A stretch of 64,000 nt of DNA, taken from contig CAVQYR010000002.1 of NCBI GenBank assembly GCA_963718235.1, positions 480,001 to 544,000 of the forward strand, given 5' to 3'. Made by a program: the position numbers and the translations under genes. The notes under the pieces were generated by a model. That model was not told where the DNA came from. It was given only the letters and a program-made list of their open reading frames with translations, and searched no databases. Source of the DNA: an uncultured Actinomycetota bacterium (GTDB taxonomy: Bacteria > Actinomycetota > Actinomycetes > JAHEKZ01). Below, one piece after another: positions 20,375 to 28,974 of this stretch; the first letter of the stretch is position 1; every line of letters starts with the position of its first letter.

Positions 20375-21253
20375 TCAGAACAGCGTGGGAACGCTGCGGG
20401 GACCGAAGGCGGGCGCTACGTACCCGCGGGGGCGCGGCACGCGTGGCATCGTGATGTCTTCGTGATGGAGCGGCTCGTAAGGGACTTGACTCAGGAGGTG
20501 AGAGATGATGTTGAGCCGACCGCGCTTCTTCACTTCGTTGTTGACGACCCACCAAGGCGCCCAAGCCGTGTCGGTCGCGGCGAACATCGCGTCGCGAGCC
20601 CGGCAGTAGTCGTAGTGGCGACGATAGGACTTCAGGTCCGTCGGCGACAGCTTCCAGACCTTGCGCGGATCCTCGATCCGAGCTTCGAGCCTTCGAGCCT
20701 GCTCATGGACGCTCACGTTGAGCCAGTACTTGATCAGGATGATCCCGTTCTCGACCATCGCCCGTTCAAACGTAGGCGCCCCTTCGAGGAACTTCTGAGT
20801 CTCCTCCGGGGTGCAGTAGCCCATGACCGGTTCGACCCCAGCGCGGTTGTACCAACTGCGGTCGAAGATCGCGACTTCACCGGCCGACGGGAAGTGCGCC
20901 ATGTAGCGCTGGATGTACATCTGTGACTTCTCGCGCTCCGTCGGAGTGGGCAGTGCGATGTGCTTGAAGACCCGGGGGCTCGTGCGTTCGGTGATGCGCC
21001 TGATCGTGCCACCCTTGCCTGCTGAGTCCAGACCCTCGAAGACCACGCAGATTCGGGCGCCCGAGGCCTTGACCCACTCCTGCATGGCTACCAGCTCGCC
21101 CTGCAGGACCCGCATCTCCTTCTCGTACTCGCGGCGCTTCATCTTCTTGCGGCCCGACCCGGCATCCGTCCTAGTCGAAGCGGACGCCGGCAGGACCTCG
21201 TGCGAGCCCGGCGACTCGTGACCGCTCTTGTGCTTCTTGGCCTTCCGTCCCAT
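20375..21253 (-). CDS. ppk2: Polyphosphate kinase 2
   Basis: 'FEGLDSAGKGGTI', 'FDRSWYNRAGVE.VMG', 'WKLSP.D'. Confidence 0.95.
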   Translation of the reverse strand: MGRKAKKHKSGHESPGSHEVLPASASTRTDAGSGRKKMKRREYEKEMRVLQGELVAMQEWVKASGARICVVFEGLDSAGKGGTIRRITERTSPRVFKHIALPTPTEREKSQMYIQRYMAHFPSAGEVAIFDRSWYNRAGVEPVMGYCTPEETQKFLEGAPTFERAMVENGIILIKYWLNVSVHEQARRLEARIEDPRKVWKLSPTDLKSYRRHYDYCRARDAMFAATDTAWAPWWVVNNEVKKRGRLNIISHLLSQVPYEPLHHEDITMPRVPRPRGYVAPAFGPRSVPTLF

Positions 21254-21314
21254 GAGCCACTCCCTGTCCCCGGATCGCCTACTGATCAGCCCGGCTGTCC
21301 GGTTCCCCTCAGGG

Positions 21315-21719
21315 TCAGTTGGGACCCGCGGTGATGTCACGTCCGTGGACGGTGAGGGCCCACATCACGAACACCGAGGTGGTGATGAGGATGACCCCCC
21401 ACACCGGGGCGAAGGGCAGCCAGGCAAAGCCGATGAGCATGCTGATGACAGCCAGGATCACGCCGACCGTGCGCGCCCACACTGCGCCTTGGAACAGGGC
21501 GAGCCCGGCGAAGAACACCACGATGCCGAGCAGGAGATGGATCCAACCCCAGGTGGTGACGCTGAACTGGAACACGTAGTTCTCCGTGGCGACGAACACG
21601 TCGTCCTTGAGGATCCCGGCGAAACCGATGATGGCCCACCACACGCCGAGAACGGTCATCATGACCCCGGCGAACATGGTCCATCCCACGGCCGCACTAC
21701 TGGGCTGTTGCTGGGACAT
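21315..21719 (-). CDS. Small four-TM membrane protein (DUF7144-like)
   Basis: 'GWTMFAGVM...TTWGWIHLLLG...WAR..GV'; AAGGAGGAG RBS. Confidence 0.85.
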   Translation of the reverse strand: MSQQQPSSAAVGWTMFAGVMMTVLGVWWAIIGFAGILKDDVFVATENYVFQFSVTTWGWIHLLLGIVVFFAGLALFQGAVWARTVGVILAVISMLIGFAWLPFAPVWGVILITTSVFVMWALTVHGRDITAGPN

Positions 21720-21834
21720 TGCTCCTCCTTCGTGACGCAGGCATGGCTTGTCGCCACACCCATGCAGGCGACTCCGCTCGCCATCACCGACGCTAGCTGC
21801 ACCAGGTGGTCTCTCGGGGAGGGCTGACCCGGAA

Positions 21835-21846
21835 CCACCCGGGTGA
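21835..21846. promoter_or_regulatory. Near-palindromic operator CCACCCGGGTGA (copy 4)
   Basis: 17/18 identical to copy 3 over CACCCGGGTGAGGTkGGT. Minus-strand TAGCGT at 21790-21795 lies 39 nt away. Confidence 0.62.
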
Positions 21847-21909
21847 GGTTGGTCTCGGCACCCCTGAGGTGTATCGAAATGGGTGGGAGGTGGCCCTAGC
21901 CCATGCTGA

Positions 21910-22578
21910 TCACAGGACGTTCACGGCACGGGCGACCACCAGTGCCAGCAGGGTCAGGGAGATGGCTGACTCCAGCATCAGCCACAGTTTCGACCAGTGT
22001 CGCACTGCCGATACGTCTGCAGGGCTGAATGCGGTGCTCGTGTTGTATGACAGTGCGAGGTAGTCGACGAACTGGGGGTACCAGTCTCGCCGGACCCGCT
22101 CCGCGATGGCTTCCTCGGGGAATCGGAAGGCGGGCGCACTGCTCGTCGCCGGTCTGGCGCGAGCCGCAGGGCCACCGCGGTCGAGGTGCCAGTACCAGAG
22201 CGCAAAGGCGATGACGTTCGTGATCCACACCACAGCACCGACCCGCAGGAGCTGCCCTGGTGTGGTGAAGTCAGCGTTCTGCAAGATCCCAACGACCAGC
22301 CGTATGGTCGACAGTGACGTCGCCATGGTCATCACGGCGATCATGAGCCCCGTGGTGATACGCAGCCATCGGCTGTCTCGATCGATCCGTCCTGGGTCGC
22401 CGATGATCAAGACCACCAGCAGGGTCAGCAACAGCAGGGGATACGCGAATTGGAGGGTCTCGGAGACGCGGAACTGCTGGGGGATGAGGAAGTACAGACC
22501 TCCTGCGACGAGGACCGCAACCGCCATCGGGGTTCGTCGCTCGCCCTTCTGGGGGGCGTCTGCGTCAGGCTGAGTCAT
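21910..22578 (-). CDS. DUF1345 domain membrane protein
   Basis: 'FALWYWHLDRGGP', 'F.FP', 'PQFVDYL..S.NTSTAFSP.D'. Confidence 0.85.
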   Translation of the reverse strand: MTQPDADAPQKGERRTPMAVAVLVAGGLYFLIPQQFRVSETLQFAYPLLLLTLLVVLIIGDPGRIDRDSRWLRITTGLMIAVMTMATSLSTIRLVVGILQNADFTTPGQLLRVGAVVWITNVIAFALWYWHLDRGGPAARARPATSSAPAFRFPEEAIAERVRRDWYPQFVDYLALSYNTSTAFSPADVSAVRHWSKLWLMLESAISLTLLALVVARAVNVL

Positions 22579-22761
22579 GCACGGACTCTACGGACTGGGA
22601 GGTCGCGCTCCAGGGAACCGCCCACTCCAGGCTCCAGGATCCATAGCCCGCGACGCCGCACTGACACACTTCGGGCCAACGACGGCCGACCACCCTCGGC
22701 ACGCGGCATCCCCGCCCACGGCACGTTGCTAGCCTGGGCGGCACCTGGAAGGAGTGGTGAC

Positions 22762-24039
22762 ATGCGCCCACGCTTCACCGCGGTGCTCGCCCTGGTGTTC
22801 CTCTTGGCTGGCATGGCGTTGCTGATCGCCTCGGTGGTTGCCGAGTTCCCCCGCGGGTTGATTGTCGCAGTGCTGCTCGCGCTCGCTGTCCTGTGCGGAT
22901 GGCAGGGGTTGATCCGCCCGGGTCCTTCCCGCTGGGTCCTGTGGATCGCGGCAGTCTTGCTGCTTGTCGGCGCGGTGGCAACGGTGTTGGTCGACGGGAT
23001 CCGAGCGGGTGCGTTGGTAGGCCTGGTGCTTCTGGTGCTGGGTGTGGTGGTGAGCAAGCGGGCCTTTTCGGTCTCCCTCCATCTTCCGCCGGCACCTCGG
23101 CCCATGCGCGCGGTGGTGGTCTACAACGTCAAGTCCGGCGGCGGCAAGGCCCTGAGCAACCACCTGGCCGAGGAGGCGCGTAGGCGGGGGATCACGCCGC
23201 GTGAGTTCGAGCCAGGTGAGGACTGGGAGCAGGTGGTTCGCGACCTGGTGGCTGGAGGAGCGGACGGACTGATGGCGGCCGGAGGGGACGGCACCCAGGC
23301 CCTCGTCGCCACGATCGCCGCGGAGCACGATCTACCGTTCGCCTGCATACCGGCAGGCACCCGCAACCACTTCGCTCTCGACCTGGGGGTGGACCGCGAT
23401 GACGTGGTGGGCGCGCTGGACGCCTTCGTCGACGGCGGGGAGAAGCGGGTGGACTTGGGTGAGGTCGGCGGCCGCGTGTTCGTCAACAACGTGTCGTTCG
23501 GGTTGTATGCCGAGGCGGTGCAGAGACAGGGATATCGCGATGCGAAGATCCGCACCTTGCTCGACACCGTCCCAACGATGATGGGGCCCGGCGATGCCGG
23601 AGGCGGTCATTCGTTGTGCTGGATCGGCCCAGACGGCAGCCCGCAGTCGTCGGCGGCCGTGATCCTGGTGTCCAACAACGTGTACCGGCTGGGCAAGGCG
23701 ATCGGTTCCGGCGCCCGCCCTCACCTGGACGCCGGCGAGCTGGGAGTCGCCGTGATGGGGGCCCCGACCACGAGTGGTCATCGCCAGCCGCTGCAGCAGT
23801 GGACGACGCGGGAGTTCGTCATCGATTCCGACGGTGAGGTTCCGCTCGGGGTCGACGGTGAGGCGCTGATGATGCCAACCCCACTGACCATCCGGATCAG
23901 GCCAGGCGCGCTGCGCGTCCGCATTGCCCCGCAGCACCCCGGTGCCTCTCCGGCGTATGCGCAGCCCACCGGCTTTCGCGACGCGATCCGCCGACTGCTG
24001 CGCATCGCCGCCGGGGCCGACACTGCAGAACTCGGTTAG
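22762..24039 (+). CDS. Diacylglycerol/lipid kinase family protein with N-terminal TMs
   Basis: 'N.KSGGG', 'AGGDGT', 'IPAGTRNHFA', 'VDGE'; ATG after AAGGAG. Confidence 0.9.
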   Translation: MRPRFTAVLALVFLLAGMALLIASVVAEFPRGLIVAVLLALAVLCGWQGLIRPGPSRWVLWIAAVLLLVGAVATVLVDGIRAGALVGLVLLVLGVVVSKRAFSVSLHLPPAPRPMRAVVVYNVKSGGGKALSNHLAEEARRRGITPREFEPGEDWEQVVRDLVAGGADGLMAAGGDGTQALVATIAAEHDLPFACIPAGTRNHFALDLGVDRDDVVGALDAFVDGGEKRVDLGEVGGRVFVNNVSFGLYAEAVQRQGYRDAKIRTLLDTVPTMMGPGDAGGGHSLCWIGPDGSPQSSAAVILVSNNVYRLGKAIGSGARPHLDAGELGVAVMGAPTTSGHRQPLQQWTTREFVIDSDGEVPLGVDGEALMMPTPLTIRIRPGALRVRIAPQHPGASPAYAQPTGFRDAIRRLLRIAAGADTAELG

Positions 24040-24162
24040 GTCCGAGGACTGCTGCTCGGCGACTCACCGAGAAGACGAGCGGGGGGCGTAGGCCGTCCTC
24101 TCCTGCTGACCCGTGCTGCTCGGCTTGACCTAAGGGCGGAAGCGATGCCCCGGGAGTGGGAG

Positions 24163-25287
24163 TCAACATCGGGTGCGTGGCCTGGTTGGAGGCTGGGTTC
24201 CCAGCGCGCGGGAGAGCACAGTGACGCGGTCCCGCGCCCCGGTCTTGGTGAAGATCGACTTGAGGTGGTCCTGGACGGTGTGCTCGGACAGCACCATCCG
24301 GCGTGCCATCGACCGGGTGTCAGCGCCCGTGGCGAGGAGACCGACCAGCTCGCCCTCACGAGGGGTCAGACCGAAGGCCCGCCCGAAGACCTCCAGACGC
24401 TCGGAGGGCGACGTCTCCTCGATCGTCACCACGATGCCGGCTGCTGAGTGCTCGGGTGCAGTCGGTCTCGGCTCGACGGGGGTGAACCTGGCTGCACGAA
24501 GCGTGAGCCAGAAGCCGTCGCGCAGGTGGGTACGGGTCGACGCCGGATGGCCGTCGACGCCGGCCTCGACGGCGAGGAGCTGCGCTGCGACGTTGTACAC
24601 GCTGGCCGGGATCGCGTGCGCTCCCTGTCCGCGCGGAAGCAGGACCTCCAGCCAGTGCTCGGACGCTGCCGTACGACTCGTGATCCGAAGGCTGTCATCC
24701 AGGGTCAAGACGACCGGACCGACACTCTCTCGATGCGGTTTCGCTGCGTCGACGAACGTCCGTGCCTGACACCCACGCAGCGCGGTCGTCAGGGCCGGTG
24801 CGAGGCTCGTGAGCAGCTGCACATCGGAGTCGTCGAACGGCTCTTTGTGATCCGACCGCCACAGGTCGAGGAACCCCCAGCAGCCGAACGGGTCGGAGAA
24901 GACCACCGAGGCCACGTCTTGGATCCCGTGCCGGTCCAACAGGTCGCGCCACTCACTGCGTCGTTCCGGGTCACTCTCGGATGCGGTGCTGAGCAGACCC
25001 ACGGGGGAAGGTCCACGCAACAGAACCGTCCAGCGGTTCTCCGTCGTGGCGTACTTGGCCCGGATGAGCAGGGCCAGCTTTGTGAGGGGGAGACCGGGAA
25101 CGTCGGCGAGCGGCGCGGCGCCAACGGAGGTCACCGGATCGGTCAGCACCCACACGTACCCGTCGAACTCCAAGGCCTCCGCGAGCACCCCGAGAAGAGC
25201 GCCGCGCAGGGCCACGGAGTCAAGCGACTGCCGGGCGAGGTCCTCGATCTGCGCGTGGGCTCGTCGGTGGGCCCAGGTGCTGGTCAC
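24163..25287 (-). CDS. LuxR-family HTH regulator with N-terminal GAF-like region
   Basis: 'GLTPRE..LV.LLATG.DT..MA....LSEHTVQDHLKSIF.K'. Start inferred from TACCCT-N7-GTG. Confidence 0.88.
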   Translation of the reverse strand: MTSTWAHRRAHAQIEDLARQSLDSVALRGALLGVLAEALEFDGYVWVLTDPVTSVGAAPLADVPGLPLTKLALLIRAKYATTENRWTVLLRGPSPVGLLSTASESDPERRSEWRDLLDRHGIQDVASVVFSDPFGCWGFLDLWRSDHKEPFDDSDVQLLTSLAPALTTALRGCQARTFVDAAKPHRESVGPVVLTLDDSLRITSRTAASEHWLEVLLPRGQGAHAIPASVYNVAAQLLAVEAGVDGHPASTRTHLRDGFWLTLRAARFTPVEPRPTAPEHSAAGIVVTIEETSPSERLEVFGRAFGLTPREGELVGLLATGADTRSMARRMVLSEHTVQDHLKSIFTKTGARDRVTVLSRALGTQPPTRPRTRC

Positions 25288-25346
25288 GGAGTCGAGGGTA
25301 CGGGCCACTCGGGACCGCCGGAGGGCTCGATGCGTGCAGGGGGAGC

Positions 25347-25360
25347 CCCAGGAATCTGGG
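25347..25360. promoter_or_regulatory. Inverted repeat CCCAG-GAAT-CTGGG, candidate operator of the adjacent LuxR
   Basis: Lies between the divergent LuxR gene and the small gene at 25432. Confidence 0.45.
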
Positions 25361-25431
25361 ATGTCGTGCACAACGGGCCACCACCTACCGTGGGTGCGTT
25401 CGTGGGACGTACGCGGCGAAGGGAGCGCTCA

Positions 25432-25713
25432 GTGATCACGCTGCGCATCGAGCATGCGATTCACGACTACGACCAGTGGAAGGCGGCGTTCGACGGGTTC
25501 GCGGATGTACGCGCAAATGCTGGCGTGCGCGGTCACGCCATCCGGGGTCCGGTCGAGGACCCGACCTACCTCATGGTCGACCTGGAGTTCGACACTGTCG
25601 AGGATGCAGGCGCGTTCGCCCAGTTCCTGGAGCAGCAGGTCTGGTCCTCGCCGCAGTCCGCGCCCGCGCTGGTCGGCACGCCGCGGACTCGGCTGCTCGA
25701 GCTGCGGAGCTGA
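25432..25713 (+). CDS. Small dimeric alpha-beta barrel-like hypothetical protein
   Basis: 'TLRIEHAIHDYDQWKAAFD...R...GV....I......DP..L.VDLEF'; AAGGGAG RBS. Confidence 0.78.
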   Translation: MITLRIEHAIHDYDQWKAAFDGFADVRANAGVRGHAIRGPVEDPTYLMVDLEFDTVEDAGAFAQFLEQQVWSSPQSAPALVGTPRTRLLELRS

Positions 25714-25743
25714 ATCGTCGGCGGTCCGTTCTACTGTGGCGTC

Positions 25744-26313
25744 ATGACGAACCACGACCCTCCCTGGGAACCGCCCCTTGCGGGCACCGAGCTCGAGCAC
25801 CTCGTCGGTGCTCTCGACCGTCTGCGGGCCACCTTCCGCTGGAAGGCCGGCGGCCTCGACGAGGTGGGCCTGCGCACCCACATCGCCACCACCTCGCTGA
25901 CGCTCGGTGGTCTGCTCAAGCACCTCGCGCTCGTTGAGGACTACATCTTCACGACCAAGCTGACCGGTGGGTCGGTCGGCGCCCCATGGGAGACCACCTA
26001 CCGGTCCGATGTCCCCGACTGGGAGTTCGTGTCCGCGGCCGACGACACCGCCGAGGAGCTCTACGCGCTCTGGGCCGGGGCCGTCGGGCGGTCTCGAGCC
26101 AGGCTCGACGCCGCCCTGGCCGATGGTGGGCTCGACCAGCTCGTCCACGTCACCGCCGACGACGGTCGACAGGCCAGCCTGCGCCGGCTCGTGTGTGACC
26201 TGATCGAGGAGTACGGCCGTCATACGGGGCACGCCGACCTTCTGCGCGAGGCGGTCGACGGTCTCGTCGGTGAGGACCCTCCGGTTGGGTGGAAGATCGC
26301 GGAGGCGCATTGA
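25744..26313 (+). CDS. DinB / DUF664 family protein
   Basis: 'LTLGGLLKHLA.VE', 'LIEEYGRHTGHADLLREAVDG'. Confidence 0.9.
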   Translation: MTNHDPPWEPPLAGTELEHLVGALDRLRATFRWKAGGLDEVGLRTHIATTSLTLGGLLKHLALVEDYIFTTKLTGGSVGAPWETTYRSDVPDWEFVSAADDTAEELYALWAGAVGRSRARLDAALADGGLDQLVHVTADDGRQASLRRLVCDLIEEYGRHTGHADLLREAVDGLVGEDPPVGWKIAEAH

Positions 26314-26358
26314 CCCCTCGAGAGGATGAGCGAGTGGACCGTGTTCCGTGGTCCCCGC

Positions 26359-26658
26359 TCAGATCACCCGCCAGATCTCGTCGTGCACCGATCCTGGGAT
26401 GAAGTTGTCGGAGCTGCTGGCCACGAGTGCGCCGTAGGCGGGGTCGGACATCAGTGCGACGAGCATCGTGTCGAAGTCCGCCAGGCTCTCGTGTCGGGTC
26501 GACCAGCCGATCCGGTTGGGGTTTCCACCGACGGGAACGGCGACCGAGACCTCGGCCCCGTGGGTTGAGGTGATGTACGCCGCGATCTCCTTGGCGAAGG
26601 CCACTGCGCTGGCCACCTTGCCGGGTGCGATCGCGGCGCTGCGGTAGAACGCGATCAT
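26359..26658 (-). CDS. Hypothetical protein (NIPSNAP-like ferredoxin fold possible)
   Basis: AGGAGG RBS; 'FIPGSVHDEIW' C-terminus. Confidence 0.68.
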   Translation of the reverse strand: MIAFYRSAAIAPGKVASAVAFAKEIAAYITSTHGAEVSVAVPVGGNPNRIGWSTRHESLADFDTMLVALMSDPAYGALVASSSDNFIPGSVHDEIWRVI

Positions 26659-26724
26659 GGTTCCTCCTGGGTCGTCGATGGTCGAGTGAGAGCGAGGCGT
26701 CTGCTGACCGGGACCGGCCGCGGA

Positions 26725-27117
26725 CTAGGTCGTTGCCTCTGGTTCTGGCTCGGGTGTGTGGCAGACGGCCTCCACGTTGTTGCCGTCGGGGTCGCGGACG
26801 AAGGCGCCGTAGTAGCCGGGGTGGTACTCCGGCCAGACCCGCGGCTCGTGCAGCACCTCCGCACCGGCCGCAACTGCGGCGTCGAAGAAGGCCCGGACGC
26901 CGGCTCGGTCGGGCGCGGCGAACGCTATGTGCGACTCGCGGAACCCGTCGCCGGAGTCCAGCGCGCTGATCCAGAAGTCGGGCATGGGTGGCACGCCGTA
27001 CCCGATGGCGACGTCGAAGTCCATGACTCGCACGCCGCCCAGCGGGGCGAGCACCGAGTCGTAGAACGACGCGCTCGCCTTGAGGTCGGAACATTGGATT
27101 CCCAGATGATCCAGCAT
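26725..27117 (-). CDS. VOC/glyoxalase family protein
   Basis: 'MLDHLGI...FYD.VLAPLG', 'HIAF.A', 'YYGAFVRDPDGNNVEAVCH'. Confidence 0.92.
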   Translation of the reverse strand: MLDHLGIQCSDLKASASFYDSVLAPLGGVRVMDFDVAIGYGVPPMPDFWISALDSGDGFRESHIAFAAPDRAGVRAFFDAAVAAGAEVLHEPRVWPEYHPGYYGAFVRDPDGNNVEAVCHTPEPEPEATT

Positions 27118-27195
27118 GTGCTGAGTGTGGCACGCGACACGTGGTCCGAACAGTGGGCGACTCGACGGCCGCCACCGTCACGGTGAGCGCGCCGT

Positions 27196-28167
27196 TCAGA
27201 GGGTGATGACGACCTTGCCGCGCGCGTGGCCCTCCTCGACGTACCGGATGGCCTTGGGGGCCTCGCTCAGCGGGTAGCTCCGGTCGATGACGGGGGCGAT
27301 CTTCCCGGACTCGACCAGCTCCTTCAGGACCAAGAGGTCCTCGTGGTTCTCCGAGCAGATGAACGTGCGCAGCTTCTGGCTCACGAACAGCGACACCAGT
27401 GACGCGCGGAGCTGACGGTCGTAGCCGCCGATCCAGCGTCCACCGGTCTCGCCGCCGACGATCACCAGCGTGCCCTTGGCCGTGAGAGCGCGTCGCAGCC
27501 GTGACAACGGGGAGTTGCCGCCGATGTCGATGATCACGTCGTAGCGGGCGTCGCTGTCGGCGAAGTCGTCACGGGTGTAGTCGATGACCTGGTCGGCGCC
27601 GATGGAGCGGACGAGGTCGACCTTGGTCGTGCTGCACACGCCGGTGACCTGGGCGCCGTACGCCTTCGCGAGCTGCACGGCGTACGTCCCGACCCCGCCG
27701 GACGCACCGATGACCAGCACCCGCTGTCCTGGCCGCACCTTGGCCTGGTCGCGCACCGCCTGAAGGGCGGTAAGTCCGGAGATGGCGACGACACCGGCCT
27801 GCTCGAAGGTGAGGTTCGCCGGTTTCGGCGCCAGCTTGCTCTCGAGAGCCCGGGCGTACTCGGCGAAGGTTCCCTTACCGATGCCGAACACCTCGTCACC
27901 GGGCTGGAACCGGGTGACGCCCGCGCCCACCGCCACCACGACGCCGGCGAGGTCCATGCCAGGCACCGGGTTCTTCGGTGCGCGCAGCCCGTAGCCGGCC
28001 AGGCGGACCGGGTAGGGGAGACCGGTCGTCAGGTGCAGCACGCCCCGGTCGACCCCGGCGGCGTGGACCTGGACCAGCACCTCGTCGTCGGCGATCTGGG
28101 GTCGGTCGATGTCGGCCGGCCGAAGCACGTCGGCCGAGCCATAGGTGTCCTGAACGATGGCCTGCAT
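27196..28167 (-). CDS. NAD(P)-dependent MDR oxidoreductase (zinc-independent, quinone reductase-like)
   Basis: 'GASGGVGTYAVQLAK', 'GHARGKVVI'. Confidence 0.92.
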   Translation of the reverse strand: MQAIVQDTYGSADVLRPADIDRPQIADDEVLVQVHAAGVDRGVLHLTTGLPYPVRLAGYGLRAPKNPVPGMDLAGVVVAVGAGVTRFQPGDEVFGIGKGTFAEYARALESKLAPKPANLTFEQAGVVAISGLTALQAVRDQAKVRPGQRVLVIGASGGVGTYAVQLAKAYGAQVTGVCSTTKVDLVRSIGADQVIDYTRDDFADSDARYDVIIDIGGNSPLSRLRRALTAKGTLVIVGGETGGRWIGGYDRQLRASLVSLFVSQKLRTFICSENHEDLLVLKELVESGKIAPVIDRSYPLSEAPKAIRYVEEGHARGKVVITL

Positions 28168-28211
28168 GGGCTGCTCCTTGCTCGGGCCGGGCTAGCCGGC
28201 TGGTCCGCGCA

Positions 28212-28284
28212 CTTACGCTGTACGCTTACGTCGTAAGTTACACGCGATGAGCCTCTCTGTCCAGTCCGGTGCTTACGTTGTATG
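28212..28284. promoter_or_regulatory. Three CTTACG-NN-GTANG boxes, candidate TetR operators
   Basis: CTTACGCTGTACG 28212-28224, CTTACGTCGTAAG 28225-28237 and CTTACGTTGTATG 28272-28284 in the divergent promoter region. Confidence 0.72.
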
Positions 28285-28307
28285 TTCGTCGCCCACGAGG
28301 AGGACCG

Positions 28308-28970
28308 ATGCCCAGCGAACCAGCCGTGACGGCCGAGCCCCGGGCTCGCCTGAGCCGGGAGCGGGTGCTGCGCGCCGCCATCGCCTTGGCCGACCAGAGC
28401 GGGATCGAGGCGCTGACCATGCGCGGGCTCGGCCGTGACCTCGGCGTGGAGGCGATGTCGCTGTACAACCACGTGGCCAACAAGGACGACCTGCTCGACG
28501 GCATGGTCGACCTCGTGCTGGGCGACATCGACGTCCCGCCGACCGGCACCCACTGGAAGACGGCGATGCGTCAGCGTGCGATCTCAGCCCACGAGGTGCT
28601 GCTCGCCCACCCGTGGGCGGCGCTGCAGATCATGTCGCGGTACAACATCGGCCCCGGCATGACCCGTTACCTCGACGCGACGCTCGGCCGACTGCGCGAA
28701 GGCGGCTTCTCGGTCGACGGGGCACTCGATGCCTGGAACGCCTTGGACAGCCACCTGTACGGGTTCACCCTGCAGGAGCTGAACCTGCCGTTCGAGGCCG
28801 AGGACGCACCCAAGGTCTCAGCCGACGTGCTCGCCCAGCTGTCAGCCGAGCAGTTCCCCCATGTCGCCGAGGTCATCGGCCAGATCATGCAGACCGGACG
28901 CCGCGAGGAGTTCACGTTCGGGCTGGACCTGATCCTCGACGGCCTCGAGCTGACCCTCGACCGCCCCTGA
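28308..28970 (+). CDS. TetR/AcrR family regulator with TetR C-terminal domain
   Basis: 'LSRERVL.AA..LAD..G...LTMR.LG..LGVEAMSLYNHV.NKDDLL'; 'FTFGLDLILDGL'. Confidence 0.94.
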   Translation: MPSEPAVTAEPRARLSRERVLRAAIALADQSGIEALTMRGLGRDLGVEAMSLYNHVANKDDLLDGMVDLVLGDIDVPPTGTHWKTAMRQRAISAHEVLLAHPWAALQIMSRYNIGPGMTRYLDATLGRLREGGFSVDGALDAWNALDSHLYGFTLQELNLPFEAEDAPKVSADVLAQLSAEQFPHVAEVIGQIMQTGRREEFTFGLDLILDGLELTLDRP

Positions 28971-28974
28971 CCAC

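Noticed and set aside
7152-21846. Repeated palindrome as a CRISPR repeat or IS end
   Set aside because: Only 12 bp, copies kilobases apart, no spacers, cas genes or transposase. A regulatory explanation fits better.
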